Shown: positions 46,618 through 56,837 of the stretch, piece after piece
How the letters are laid out: each line of letters starts with the position of its first letter
Numbering within the stretch: the stretch's first letter is position 1
Virus record (IMG/VR): IMGVR_UViG_3300030329_004647
Coordinates: 62,001-126,000 of that record
DNA: 64,000 bases
Direction: 5' to 3' (one strand)
Program-made: the position numbers and the translations under genes
Notes under the pieces: generated by a model
Database searches by the model: none
The model's input: the letters and a program-made list of their open reading frames with translations, nothing else
What the model was told of the DNA's origin: nothing

Positions 46618-47632
46618 AAAAAAAATTATATATAGATTATTAAAGGAAGGATTTACTCCTACCACACTATCTTTGTTTTCAGACAAACAACTAAAACAGT
46701 TAAGTAAAAAATTATTCAACGAAGTTGAGACAAAAACAGTAAAAAAGACAACATATACCAAATCAGAAGTAGATAAAATTAAACAGAATGATGGGGGATT
46801 AAGTGTTGATGGGACTGTAACACCTAATGATGATGGTTCTGTTACAGTAACTACAAATGAAGTTAATGAGGACGATGTAAAATCTGACGCTGAAGATACT
46901 ACTCCTACAGGACAACCAGTAATGAAACAAATAAAAAAAGACCCAGAATCTGGTGAAGAGGAAGAGGTTGAGATATTGTTAGATGATGAAATGTCAGAAA
47001 CGGAAGAGGTTTCACAAGAAATGGTTGAAAGTTGGATTATGGGTATTGTTGAAAAAAATGAGCCAGCTAAAACAACGAAAGGTAATCTTTTAAAGATGTT
47101 AAAAGAACACAGGATAACCCCAACAACAATGGAAATGGGTGTTTCGTTTGAAAGATTAGCACGTATGGCTGATAATAGTGGATGGAGTCTTTTACCAGAC
47201 AAAGTACAAAACCAAGACATGGACCCAGAGGAAACATTAATGTTAGGTTTTATAAGAAATGATTATAGTATAATCCCTTTTAGAATTAATAGTAATGGAG
47301 ATATAGAATTAGACAACGAACCTATTAATGACTTACAAGATTTTGAGGAGGCTACTAGAGAAGATAGAATGGAAGATAGTAGTGATAGAGAAACTTTAGA
47401 AATTGACGAAACTAATAGAGATAAGGAAGGTACATACATGGGAGCTCCTATGGATACTGAAGCACCAGTTAAAACACCAGTTAAAACACCGACTATTGCT
47501 CCAACAAAACCAGGAAGACCAACACCATTTAAAAGACCTAAAACAACACCAAAACCAAAAGCTAAAGGAAAAACACAACCTAACTGGTTTGATTTCTCAA
47601 ACATAAAAACTTCAGTTGAAACAGGTAAGTAA
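46607..47632 (+). CDS. hypothetical protein with short leader (KKIIYRLLKEG) and P/K/T-rich tail
   Basis: LKE, VNE and LKEH sites; PVKT repeat. Confidence 0.75.
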   Translation: MYNRKKIIYRLLKEGFTPTTLSLFSDKQLKQLSKKLFNEVETKTVKKTTYTKSEVDKIKQNDGGLSVDGTVTPNDDGSVTVTTNEVNEDDVKSDAEDTTPTGQPVMKQIKKDPESGEEEEVEILLDDEMSETEEVSQEMVESWIMGIVEKNEPAKTTKGNLLKMLKEHRITPTTMEMGVSFERLARMADNSGWSLLPDKVQNQDMDPEETLMLGFIRNDYSIIPFRINSNGDIELDNEPINDLQDFEEATREDRMEDSSDRETLEIDETNRDKEGTYMGAPMDTEAPVKTPVKTPTIAPTKPGRPTPFKRPKTTPKPKAKGKTQPNWFDFSNIKTSVETGK

Positions 47633-47634
47633 AA

Positions 47635-48996
47635 ATGGCAAAGAAAAAACTTTATGAGGCACCCCCAATAGAATACAGCGGAGAGGAAAGAATGTCTCCC
47701 GATATAGCTAGAAAATTAAAATCCCGTGAACATCCCCTAGGTGGTAATCCAGCATTTCCAGATATTGATAAAGATGGAGTTCCAGATAATTTTGAAGAAT
47801 TAATAGCTTCTAAAAGATTTAAAGATGTTGTTGAAAAAGTAAAACAAGCTACAGGTTTAGATACAGCTGACCCTTCTTCAGTAATGTCAATGCAACCAAT
47901 GTTCCAAAGAGCTTTGATGAGAATTATGCAAATCGAAAGTCAAAATAAAAAAGCTTTAGAGGATTTAGCTGTAGACTTAGTTAAAAAAGAAATGGGCATA
48001 CCAGAAGAAGATTTACAGTTTGATGCACAATTAAAAAAACCTAGTTTAGAAGGAATGCAATCTAAACCACAAGAACCTAAGAAAAAAGAACCCGAGTTTA
48101 AAAATCCAGAAGAAGAACAAGAAGCAGCGTCAAGACTAGAAAAATTTAATTTAGAAAGACAAAAAAGAAGATTTATAAACTCAATTATACAAGGTTCTTC
48201 AAAAAAAGCACTATACCTATATCATTTAGTTAATGAAAAATTAGATGAAATAAATCCTGAGTTAGTAAACTTATATTCTTTAGTTATGTCAGTTAATGAT
48301 TTAATGTATTGGATAATGCCAGATATGGACATGAGAATGGCTGCAGGTGGTGGAGAAGAGTTAGGTGGTGGAAGAGAAGAACTGGATTTAGAAACAGACC
48401 CACCTACAATTAAAGCAGAAGGAGCTTTATTTCCCATATTAGTACATGAATTATATAAAGGAGTTATGGAATATGTTTCCGCTCATGGATTACCTTCTGA
48501 CCCTAATACAGCGGAAGATGTTATAGGTATGGAGGATACTTTACCAGCAGAAGTATGGGATTTAAGATTGGGTCCTGTTATCTGGGAAAAGTTTAGAGAA
48601 GCTTATCCACAAGAATTATTTACCTCACAAGATAGAAAAAGATTACAAAATTATTTTTATTTTAAATTTGTTAGTTTACCAGCTGAAGAATTTTTTGTTT
48701 TAGCTAAAGAAATATTATCAGGTTCAGACAAAGGTAAAAAAATGGTTCAAAAAATGGTTGACGAAATTACAAGAGAATTAAAACAAGAAGATTATGATGA
48801 GGCAGTTGGAGAACCAATTGATGAACCACAAACACCTGTTACAACAGCGGACGAACCAGAAATAGATTTTACCGAATTATTAAAACCACAAGAAGAAACG
48901 GTAGAATTAGATGTAGATACTATTCTAGACAAAATATCTAGAACGGGTATGGGTTCACTTACCGACGAAGAAAAAGACTTCCTACAAAATCTATAG
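47635..48996 (+). CDS. hypothetical protein directly upstream of terminase
   Basis: 453-aa ORF; HELYKG motif; no family recognised. Confidence 0.8.
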   Translation: MAKKKLYEAPPIEYSGEERMSPDIARKLKSREHPLGGNPAFPDIDKDGVPDNFEELIASKRFKDVVEKVKQATGLDTADPSSVMSMQPMFQRALMRIMQIESQNKKALEDLAVDLVKKEMGIPEEDLQFDAQLKKPSLEGMQSKPQEPKKKEPEFKNPEEEQEAASRLEKFNLERQKRRFINSIIQGSSKKALYLYHLVNEKLDEINPELVNLYSLVMSVNDLMYWIMPDMDMRMAAGGGEELGGGREELDLETDPPTIKAEGALFPILVHELYKGVMEYVSAHGLPSDPNTAEDVIGMEDTLPAEVWDLRLGPVIWEKFREAYPQELFTSQDRKRLQNYFYFKFVSLPAEEFFVLAKEILSGSDKGKKMVQKMVDEITRELKQEDYDEAVGEPIDEPQTPVTTADEPEIDFTELLKPQEETVELDVDTILDKISRTGMGSLTDEEKDFLQNL

Positions 48997-49022
48997 AACA
49001 ATTATCTAAGTATTTATAGGTA

Positions 49023-50765
49023 ATGAACAAAGAACAATTAATACATGAGTACGCTAAGTGTTTTAAAAACACATCATATGCTATAGAGAGTTATCTAGAG
49101 ACATACGACAATACTCAAAGTAAATACGTTCCCTTTAAACTTTTTCCTGAACAGAAAAAGATGTTAAACAACTTTGAGAAGTATAATGAAAATATAACCA
49201 AAAAATATCGACAAGCTGGTGTGTCCACAGCAACCGCAGCCTGGATATCCAAACAACTACAATTCGCTTCTAAAACAAAACCAGAAAAAGTTCTGATTCT
49301 AGCTAATAAACTAGATACAGCTCAAGAATTAGCTAATAAAATTAGAGGATTTTTAAATCAATGGCCAGAATGGGTTAATGTTGGTTTTTCTAAAGAAAAA
49401 GATTCCCAAAGACATTATAAATTAAATAATGGATGTGAAGTTAAAGCTGTTGCCACCTCTGTAGATGCACTAAGAGGATATACACCAACCATATTGATAT
49501 TTGATGAAGCAGCCTATATTGAAGCTGGAGACGACCTATGGGCAGCATGTATGGCTTCATTATCTACAGGAGGTCAAGTTATCGTAATTTCAACACCAAA
49601 CGGTTATGATAAAATTTATTATGAAATATATGACCAATCTATTCAAGGAATGAATAATTTTCAAATATCAGAATTACATTGGGAAAACGACCCTAGATTT
49701 ACTAAAGATTTAGAATGGGTAAAAACTAAAGATATTGTACATTATATGTTAAATCGTGAAGATTATAACGATGATTTAAATATAAAAGAAGATGATTTAG
49801 ATAAGTATCCTTCTTTAATAAAAAAAGGATATAAACCATACTCTTCATGGTTTGAATCAATGTGTAAAAAGTTAAAGTTCGATAGAAGAAAAATATCCCA
49901 GGAATTAGAAAGTGCTTTTTTAGGTTCTGGTGATAATGTTATACCCATTGATACTATAGATAATATAAAAGAAAGAATGGTAGAGGAACCTAAAGAAAAA
50001 TATGCAAGTGGACAATTATGGGTTTGGGAAGAAGCTATTGTAGGACATAAATATATTATGGGTATAGACGTATCAAGAGGAGACTCTGAGGACTTCACCT
50101 CAATTGTGGTTATAGATTTTGAAGAAAGAAAACAGGTAATGGAGTATTTGGGAAAAATACCACCTGATTTAGCAGCGGACTTAGCTTTTAAATGGGGTAA
50201 TCTATATAAAGCTTACATCGTTATAGACATTACAGGAGGTATGGGCGTAGCTACATCAAGAAAATTACAGGAATTAGGTTATAGAGATTTATATGTAGAA
50301 GGAGCTAATACAGCTGATAAGTGGAAATACAATCCTAAACTATTAGAAAAAATACCAGGACTTAGTTTTAATAATAAAAGAACACAAATTGTTTCTGCTT
50401 TTGAAGAAGCTCTACGTCATGGTTTTAATGTTAAATCTCACAGATTATTAAATGAACTTTATACTTTCGTATATGTTAACGGTAAACCCAACCACATGAA
50501 AGGAAAACATGATGATTTAATCATGGCAATGGCTATGGCTATTTATGTTGGTGAAAGTTCTTTTTCACAACTTACAAAAGCTGATGAAATGACAAAAGCA
50601 ATGTTGGATAGTTGGGTTACACATAAAAAAGAAAATGATGAACAGTCAGTTGACCTAAGACCAGGTAGAGATTCTAACGTTCTAAACCCTCATATAACGC
50701 CACAAGCAACACAACAAGGGCTATATAGAGAGTATAGTTGGTTATTTGGAGCAAAACCTAAGTAA
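49023..50765 (+). CDS. terminase large subunit (T4 gp17-like)
   Basis: KYRQAGVST Walker A, LIFDEAA Walker B, ISTPNG motif III, GIDVSRGDSED and HDDLIMA nuclease motifs. Confidence 0.95.
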   Translation: MNKEQLIHEYAKCFKNTSYAIESYLETYDNTQSKYVPFKLFPEQKKMLNNFEKYNENITKKYRQAGVSTATAAWISKQLQFASKTKPEKVLILANKLDTAQELANKIRGFLNQWPEWVNVGFSKEKDSQRHYKLNNGCEVKAVATSVDALRGYTPTILIFDEAAYIEAGDDLWAACMASLSTGGQVIVISTPNGYDKIYYEIYDQSIQGMNNFQISELHWENDPRFTKDLEWVKTKDIVHYMLNREDYNDDLNIKEDDLDKYPSLIKKGYKPYSSWFESMCKKLKFDRRKISQELESAFLGSGDNVIPIDTIDNIKERMVEEPKEKYASGQLWVWEEAIVGHKYIMGIDVSRGDSEDFTSIVVIDFEERKQVMEYLGKIPPDLAADLAFKWGNLYKAYIVIDITGGMGVATSRKLQELGYRDLYVEGANTADKWKYNPKLLEKIPGLSFNNKRTQIVSAFEEALRHGFNVKSHRLLNELYTFVYVNGKPNHMKGKHDDLIMAMAMAIYVGESSFSQLTKADEMTKAMLDSWVTHKKENDEQSVDLRPGRDSNVLNPHITPQATQQGLYREYSWLFGAKPK

Positions 50766-50804
50766 TATGTTCACTATTTATTATTAATATATTATATTAT
50801 AGAC

Positions 50805-52640
50805 ATGGCAGATAAACTAACAATATTTCAGAGACTATCCAAATTATTTGGACCAGAAGGACCAAGGGTAGATAGACCTTCCTTCCAACAGTACAAATTT
50901 GATAAAAAAGATTTATTAAAAACTACTTCTAAAGCAGAGTTTGACCAAGAAAAACTACAAATACAACAAACTCTTTATTTAGCAAATCAGTGGACAAAAA
51001 TTGATAATGAATTATATACACAATCTATATATTATGAACCTACAAGATTAGCTTCATATTATGACTACGAGTCAATGGAATTTACACCAGAAATATCAGC
51101 AGCTTTAGATATTTTTGCTGAAGAATCTACCACACCATCAGAAGAAGGTTATATATTAACTTTATATTCGGAATCCGCAAGAATAAAATCTATATTAGCG
51201 GACCTTTTTAATAATATTTTAGATGTTGATACAAATTTACAAATGTGGTGTAGAAACATGTGTAAATATGGTGACGATTTTGTGTATTTAAAAATAGACC
51301 CAGAAAAAGGCGTTATAGGATGTTTTCAACTACCTAATATTGAAATAGAGAGAGTAGAAACTGGTAACTATCCTAATGTTCCAGCTACAACATCTCCAGA
51401 TGGTGAAAAAGAAAGAAAGTTAAGATTTCATTGGAAGGAAAAAAATATGGAATTTAATTCTTGGGAAATGGCTCACTTTAGATTATTAGGTGATGACAGA
51501 AGATTACCTTACGGTACATCTATGTTGGAAAAAGCTAGAAGAACCTGGAAACAATTATTATTAGCGGAAGACGCTATGTTGGTTTATAGAACATCAAGAG
51601 CTCCTGAACGAAGAGTATTTAAGGTATTCGTAGGTAATATGGATGACAAAGATGTAGAAGCGTATATCAATAGAGTAGCAAACAAATTTAAAAGAGACCC
51701 CGTTGTGGACCCTCAAAATGGTAATGTGGACATGAGATACAATCAAATGGCAGTAGACCAAGATTTTTTCATCCCAGTAAGAGACGCAGCTGCTCCTAAT
51801 CCGATAGAGACTTTACCTGGAGCTACAAATCTAAGTGAAATAGCTGATATAGAATACATCCAAAAAAAGTTACTAGCGGCTTTAAGAATTCCTAAAGCAT
51901 TTTTAGGTTTTGAAGAGGTTGTTGGTGAAGGTAAAAATCTATCTTTATTAGATATAAGATTTGCTCGTACTATAAACAGAATCCAGAAATCTTTAATACA
52001 AGAACTGAACAAAATAGCTATTATCCATTTATATATTTTAGGATTTGAAGATGAACTTGATAATTTTGCTTTAGGACTAACCAATCCATCTACTCAAGCA
52101 GAATTACTAAAAGTAGAACAATGGCAAACAAAAATTACTTTATATAAAGACGCTGTTAGTGACCCTGGTAACGGTATACAACCAACCTCAAGTACTTGGG
52201 CAAAGAAACATGTTTTAGGTATGAGTGATGAAGAAATAAAATTAGATTTACAACAACAAAGATTTGAAAAAGCAATCGCTAAAGAGTTGGAGACAACAGG
52301 AGACATCATTAAGAAAACAGGAGTATTCAATAATATAGATAAATTATATGGGGACATAGAACAGACTGAAAAAGAAGGGGGTGAAACTGCTGGTGAAGGT
52401 GGTGATGAATTTGCTACTGGTGCAGAAGGTTTACCTGGTGGTGAAGAAACTAGTCCACCACCTGCAGCGGAAGAAAGTCCTGAACCAGCCGCTGAAGGGT
52501 ACAAGGTTGAGAAAGATTTACCACTAATTCTAGAAAATAAAGGGGTAGAGTTGCCTAATCTAGACGAACTTACACAAGAAAATAATAAAAAGATTAAGGA
52601 CATACAAGAAGATATAGACGCTTTACTTGATGATGACTAA
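50805..52640 (+). CDS. portal protein (T4 gp20-like)
   Basis: PEISAALDI, LPYGTSMLE, EDAMLVYRTSRAPERRVF, DFFIPVR, IETLPG. Confidence 0.95.
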   Translation: MADKLTIFQRLSKLFGPEGPRVDRPSFQQYKFDKKDLLKTTSKAEFDQEKLQIQQTLYLANQWTKIDNELYTQSIYYEPTRLASYYDYESMEFTPEISAALDIFAEESTTPSEEGYILTLYSESARIKSILADLFNNILDVDTNLQMWCRNMCKYGDDFVYLKIDPEKGVIGCFQLPNIEIERVETGNYPNVPATTSPDGEKERKLRFHWKEKNMEFNSWEMAHFRLLGDDRRLPYGTSMLEKARRTWKQLLLAEDAMLVYRTSRAPERRVFKVFVGNMDDKDVEAYINRVANKFKRDPVVDPQNGNVDMRYNQMAVDQDFFIPVRDAAAPNPIETLPGATNLSEIADIEYIQKKLLAALRIPKAFLGFEEVVGEGKNLSLLDIRFARTINRIQKSLIQELNKIAIIHLYILGFEDELDNFALGLTNPSTQAELLKVEQWQTKITLYKDAVSDPGNGIQPTSSTWAKKHVLGMSDEEIKLDLQQQRFEKAIAKELETTGDIIKKTGVFNNIDKLYGDIEQTEKEGGETAGEGGDEFATGAEGLPGGEETSPPPAAEESPEPAAEGYKVEKDLPLILENKGVELPNLDELTQENNKKIKDIQEDIDALLDDD

Positions 52641-52661
52641 TATTTATTAGAAAACAACATT

Positions 52662-53402
52662 ATGGAAGGATTCGGAAAATACAAACACAATATAGACAGT
52701 ATACTAATTAATTCTTATAAAGATAAAAAAACATTTAAGTCTAATTTTCATGTTATAATGGGCGGAATGAAATTATCTGAAGATTTTAGAGAATTTTTTA
52801 CATTATATAACGATATAGAAAATAAAAAATTTAAAAGTATTAATGAGGCTAATGAGTATTTAACTGAATCTGTAAATATTCTTCGTACAAAATTAAAAAG
52901 TCTTAAAACTCCTTATAAGATTTTTAAACAAGTATTTTCTAAAAGAAAAAATCTATGTGAAAACTACACAAACGAGATTTATAAAAAATTAGATTACTTA
53001 ATTTTTTCTACTAAATTAAAAAGTGTAGAAAATAAAATACAAATTAAAGAGGAGTTAACCAATCACATGACCCAACCACTAAATGAAAGTATTTCTAAAA
53101 GTGTGGATAGTAAAATTTTATCCCACGTACTTTCAAAAAACTATAATGAAAAATATAGTACTTTGACCACTGAGGAAAAATCTTTAGTTAAAAAAGTTTT
53201 ATCGTGTGACGATAAAGAAATTAAAAATCAAATACGTACATTAAAAGAAGAAAATTTAAAAAAAATAAATTCTATTCTGAATGAAAGTAATGATGATAAC
53301 CTATCTGCAAAATTAGTAAAAACAAAAGATAAGGTTAAACAAATGGGTAATAGTAGGAACACTTTATTAAAATTACAAAAGTTAAATAGAGATTTGGTTT
53401 AA
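52662..53402 (+). CDS. hypothetical helical protein in head operon
   Basis: LTES and LNES sites; TATTTATT at 52641-52648. Confidence 0.8.
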   Translation: MEGFGKYKHNIDSILINSYKDKKTFKSNFHVIMGGMKLSEDFREFFTLYNDIENKKFKSINEANEYLTESVNILRTKLKSLKTPYKIFKQVFSKRKNLCENYTNEIYKKLDYLIFSTKLKSVENKIQIKEELTNHMTQPLNESISKSVDSKILSHVLSKNYNEKYSTLTTEEKSLVKKVLSCDDKEIKNQIRTLKEENLKKINSILNESNDDNLSAKLVKTKDKVKQMGNSRNTLLKLQKLNRDLV

Positions 53403-53441
53403 GGTAGGTTTTTTCTTATATTTTTATAAACCTATAAAAAT

Positions 53442-53870
53442 ATGAAACATGGAAAACACGTACAATTAAAACTAAATAATACCTTCAGAACTTCCTATGG
53501 AACTGTAGATTCAAAAAATTTAAAATCATTATTTATTAGTATATCATCTTGGGCTGAACCCCACGAAGACAGAACTAACTGGGATAGGATTATTGGTTCA
53601 CTAAAAAAGAGTATCAAGATAGCAATTCTAAATAAACTAAACTCAAACCTATTTAAATCAAAAATGGTGGTGGACTTAGATATTAGGTCTAGTGGATTAA
53701 TGATGAATAAAAAAAGCTTTATGAAGTGTGAAGTAACATTATTTACTACCAAAAATTTAAATATAAAATCACAAGAACTAATTACTAATATTAATGAATT
53801 AATTGAAAATACCATTGAAAACGCACTACATTCAAATTCCTACTTCAGTTTTCACCCTAAAAAAAGGTAA
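53442..53870 (+). CDS. hypothetical protein
   Basis: ORF track. Confidence 0.75.
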   Translation: MKHGKHVQLKLNNTFRTSYGTVDSKNLKSLFISISSWAEPHEDRTNWDRIIGSLKKSIKIAILNKLNSNLFKSKMVVDLDIRSSGLMMNKKSFMKCEVTLFTTKNLNIKSQELITNINELIENTIENALHSNSYFSFHPKKR

Positions 53871-53938
53871 CCACCAACTTTTTTAATAGTTTCAATGTAT
53901 TTATAATATGAATAACAAAAGATAAAAAAATATAACAT

Positions 53939-54514
53939 ATGGCACCATTTTTAGACTTACAATCAAACACATCTTGGCCAGGAACAGGTAATAACCAGGT
54001 TAAAGGTTTACAAGACGCTTTAAAAACTGTTGACCCAATAACTCAGGTAACCCTTCAGATTGGATTAGGTAGATATGCTGCTGGTGGTTCAAATGCTATG
54101 AAAAGAGCTACATCAGGAATGACGTTAAATTTATTTTTCGTTGACAACTACTTTAATGGTCAAAAACAATTTGAAAGTAAAAAATCAATGAACGACAATA
54201 AACCAGCATATGTGTTGAGATATGGTGACAATGACGCGTGGGAAATAATGTCTTGGAACATACGTTCACATGTTATGACTGGAACTACAGGACCTGACGC
54301 TTTAACAATACTTCCTAGAAACCAATGGCTTGGTATCGGTGGATTGAATAACGGAAGTAAGGAAGGTCACATGTTTAGTGTTGGAGACTTTAACGTATAT
54401 TCTGGTGGAACTGGTGGTTCTGACAATACACCATGGACAAGACTACATAGTCATCCTTGGGGACCAGGATTCTCAGCTGGAACTGCAATTATAACAGGAG
54501 TAACATTTAGTTAA
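53939..54514 (+). CDS. hypothetical, likely virion structural protein (G/N/T-rich)
   Basis: TATTTATA at 53898-53905; terminator downstream. Confidence 0.7.
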   Translation: MAPFLDLQSNTSWPGTGNNQVKGLQDALKTVDPITQVTLQIGLGRYAAGGSNAMKRATSGMTLNLFFVDNYFNGQKQFESKKSMNDNKPAYVLRYGDNDAWEIMSWNIRSHVMTGTTGPDALTILPRNQWLGIGGLNNGSKEGHMFSVGDFNVYSGGTGGSDNTPWTRLHSHPWGPGFSAGTAIITGVTFS

Positions 54515-54544
54515 CACTAAACCCACCCAATTTAATAATATCAA

Positions 54545-54570
54545 ATAAAAGCCCTTTAAGGGCTTTTATT
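54545..54570 (+). terminator. intrinsic terminator
   Basis: ATAAAAGCCC-TTTA-AGGGCTTTTATT. Confidence 0.8.
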
Positions 54571-54601
54571 TTGCCCAAAGTATTTATTGAAAAAGAATTA
54601 T

Positions 54602-55303
54602 ATGAAGATTTTAGGACCCAAAGATATTGGCCACGGATTATTAATAGAATATGATGCTGGACATCTCTCACCACAAGACAATGTTAAAGTAATTAAAGAG
54701 ATGAAAAACTCTGAGTTTTCTGATGAAGTGTATATGTATTGTATCTTACAAAAATATGGAACACCAAATAGAAACGGGAGAGTATACCCAAAAAGAATAT
54801 TAGAAAGAGAAAATGATAGATACCAAGACGTTATTAAAAGAGGAAGTGCTATTTCCGAACTAAACCACCCAGAATCTTCACTAATTGATTTAGAAAGAAC
54901 TTCTCATGTTATCACAGAAACTTTTTGGGATGGTAACAAACTAATGGGAAGACTAAAATTGTTAACAACTCCAGGATACCACCAAAAAGGAATAGTATCA
55001 TCTATGGGGGATATCGCAGCTAATTTATTAAGACAAGGAATCACTTTAGGTATTTCATCTAGAGGAGTTGGTTCACTAAAGAAAAGCGGAGAACACAATG
55101 AGGTACAAGATGATTTTGAATTGATATGTTTTGACCTTGTTTCATCACCATCTACACCAGGCTCTTATCTATTTAAAGACATGAGTGAAGTTGATAATTA
55201 TGATGAAGTATTAGAGACCGTAAAAGAAAAAGATTCATTCGACTCAAAAATAGATAGGTCGCTTTCTCTAATGGATAGATTAGATAACTTTCTTAATCAT
55301 TAA
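54602..55303 (+). CDS. prohead core protease (T4 gp21-like)
   Basis: NRNGRVYP, ELNHP (catalytic His), GISSRGVG (catalytic Ser), DLVSSPS; ATG 54602 preferred over the track's TTG 54587. Confidence 0.93.
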   Translation: MKILGPKDIGHGLLIEYDAGHLSPQDNVKVIKEMKNSEFSDEVYMYCILQKYGTPNRNGRVYPKRILERENDRYQDVIKRGSAISELNHPESSLIDLERTSHVITETFWDGNKLMGRLKLLTTPGYHQKGIVSSMGDIAANLLRQGITLGISSRGVGSLKKSGEHNEVQDDFELICFDLVSSPSTPGSYLFKDMSEVDNYDEVLETVKEKDSFDSKIDRSLSLMDRLDNFLNH

Positions 55304-55401
55304 AAAATTACTTCTATTAATTCATTAACACTAACTTTTTTAGAAAATAAATGTATTTATAGAAGCATAAACTGTATAAACTAACATAAAAACGAAAGTA
55401 T

Positions 55402-56823
55402 ATGTCAAAAGAATCTTTAATAGAACAAGCACTGCTCGAGGCTGAACAGTTGGAAAATACTATGAGGTCTAACGCAAAAGAAATACTTGCTTCAACAATG
55501 AAGGAAGAAATTGGAGAGTTAGTACAAGAATCGTTAGCTGAGAAAGACGATTACCTTAAGGAGCAAACAGAAGAGGACATTGAAGACGAGACTTTAGATT
55601 TTGAAGGGTCAGATGATGACGCTGAAGAAATGGAAATGTCTGTCGAAATTCCTGATTTAGAAGATGAGATGGAGGACGATGAACTCGCACCTCTTGATTT
55701 AACCTCAGCAACTGACGACGAAGTCATAAAAGTATTTAAAGCCATGGGTGATGAAGATGGTATCATTGTTAAAAAAGACGAAGATGAAATTTCATTACAA
55801 GATGGTGAAGATGAGTACTTAATAAAATTAGAAGAAAACAAAAATATGAAAACAAAAAAATCTAATTTAAAAGAAATGGAAAAAGAAATGGAAGTTGACG
55901 AATTAATGATGGATGAGGAATCACCAGAAACTGATGAAACAACTGAAATGGAAGAAGAAGTTATGTATGAAATCGAATTATCTGATGAAGATGAGGATAA
56001 ATCAGAAGAAACTAAAGAAGACGCACACGAAGAAGAGATGGAAGAAGGTCACATGCACCACAAATTTAAGCAAGGTTACGACGCTAGACAAGATGACTCA
56101 CTGGGAGATTTAGATGGACCAGAAAGTAGTTATTCACAATCTTTTGCAGACCGTAGACGTGAAAGAGAAGGTATGAGAAAATCTGCCAGAAGAACTCCAG
56201 ACATGTTAAACGCGGGTAAAAAAGAAGTGGGTGAAATGGTTCGCCAAAATAACCTAGGTCAAAAAGTCCATGCTGGTAACAGAAGTAATTCTTACAACAA
56301 AGCTGCTAGAAAAAAATCTGGAATTCATTTACCAGAATCTAGAAGAAAGAAAGCTAGAATTTCTGAAAGAGCTAGAAAGGTTGCACAAAAATCTTCAGTA
56401 TCTAAAAACTACGGTCAACTTAAAGAAGAAATTACTGGATTAAAATCTAAGAATTTTGAATATAAGAAGGCTTTATCGTCATTTAGGGACAAATTAAACG
56501 AGGTAGGAGTATTCAATTCCAACTTAGCTTACGCAACTAGATTGTTCACTGAACATTCTACAACTAAACAGGAGAAGATTAATATTCTTAAAAGATTTGA
56601 CAACGTCCAATCTTTAAAAGAATCTAAATCACTCTATAAGGTAATCAAAGAGGAGTTATCGACTGTTAAATCTCCGAAAACTAAAAAAACAATTTCGGAA
56701 GCAGTTGAAAAACGAATCAACAAATCCCCAAGAAGCGGAAGTAAGAGTAAACTAACTGAAAGTAAAGTTTACGAAAACCCACAATTCTCAAGGATTAAAG
56801 ACTTAATTAATAAAATAAACTAA
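55402..56823 (+). CDS. prohead core / scaffold protein (T4 gp22-like)
   Basis: Position between protease and MCP; acidic coiled coil with many [LI]-x-E sites; LNEVGVFNSNLAYATRLF. Confidence 0.8.
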   Translation: MSKESLIEQALLEAEQLENTMRSNAKEILASTMKEEIGELVQESLAEKDDYLKEQTEEDIEDETLDFEGSDDDAEEMEMSVEIPDLEDEMEDDELAPLDLTSATDDEVIKVFKAMGDEDGIIVKKDEDEISLQDGEDEYLIKLEENKNMKTKKSNLKEMEKEMEVDELMMDEESPETDETTEMEEEVMYEIELSDEDEDKSEETKEDAHEEEMEEGHMHHKFKQGYDARQDDSLGDLDGPESSYSQSFADRRREREGMRKSARRTPDMLNAGKKEVGEMVRQNNLGQKVHAGNRSNSYNKAARKKSGIHLPESRRKKARISERARKVAQKSSVSKNYGQLKEEITGLKSKNFEYKKALSSFRDKLNEVGVFNSNLAYATRLFTEHSTTKQEKINILKRFDNVQSLKESKSLYKVIKEELSTVKSPKTKKTISEAVEKRINKSPRSGSKSKLTESKVYENPQFSRIKDLINKIN

Positions 56824-56837
56824 AAAAATAAAAAAAC

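Noticed and set aside
49023-50765. Intein or intron in the terminase
   Set aside because: Length (580 aa) is ordinary, motifs are collinear, and no intein N- or C-terminal splice motifs are evident
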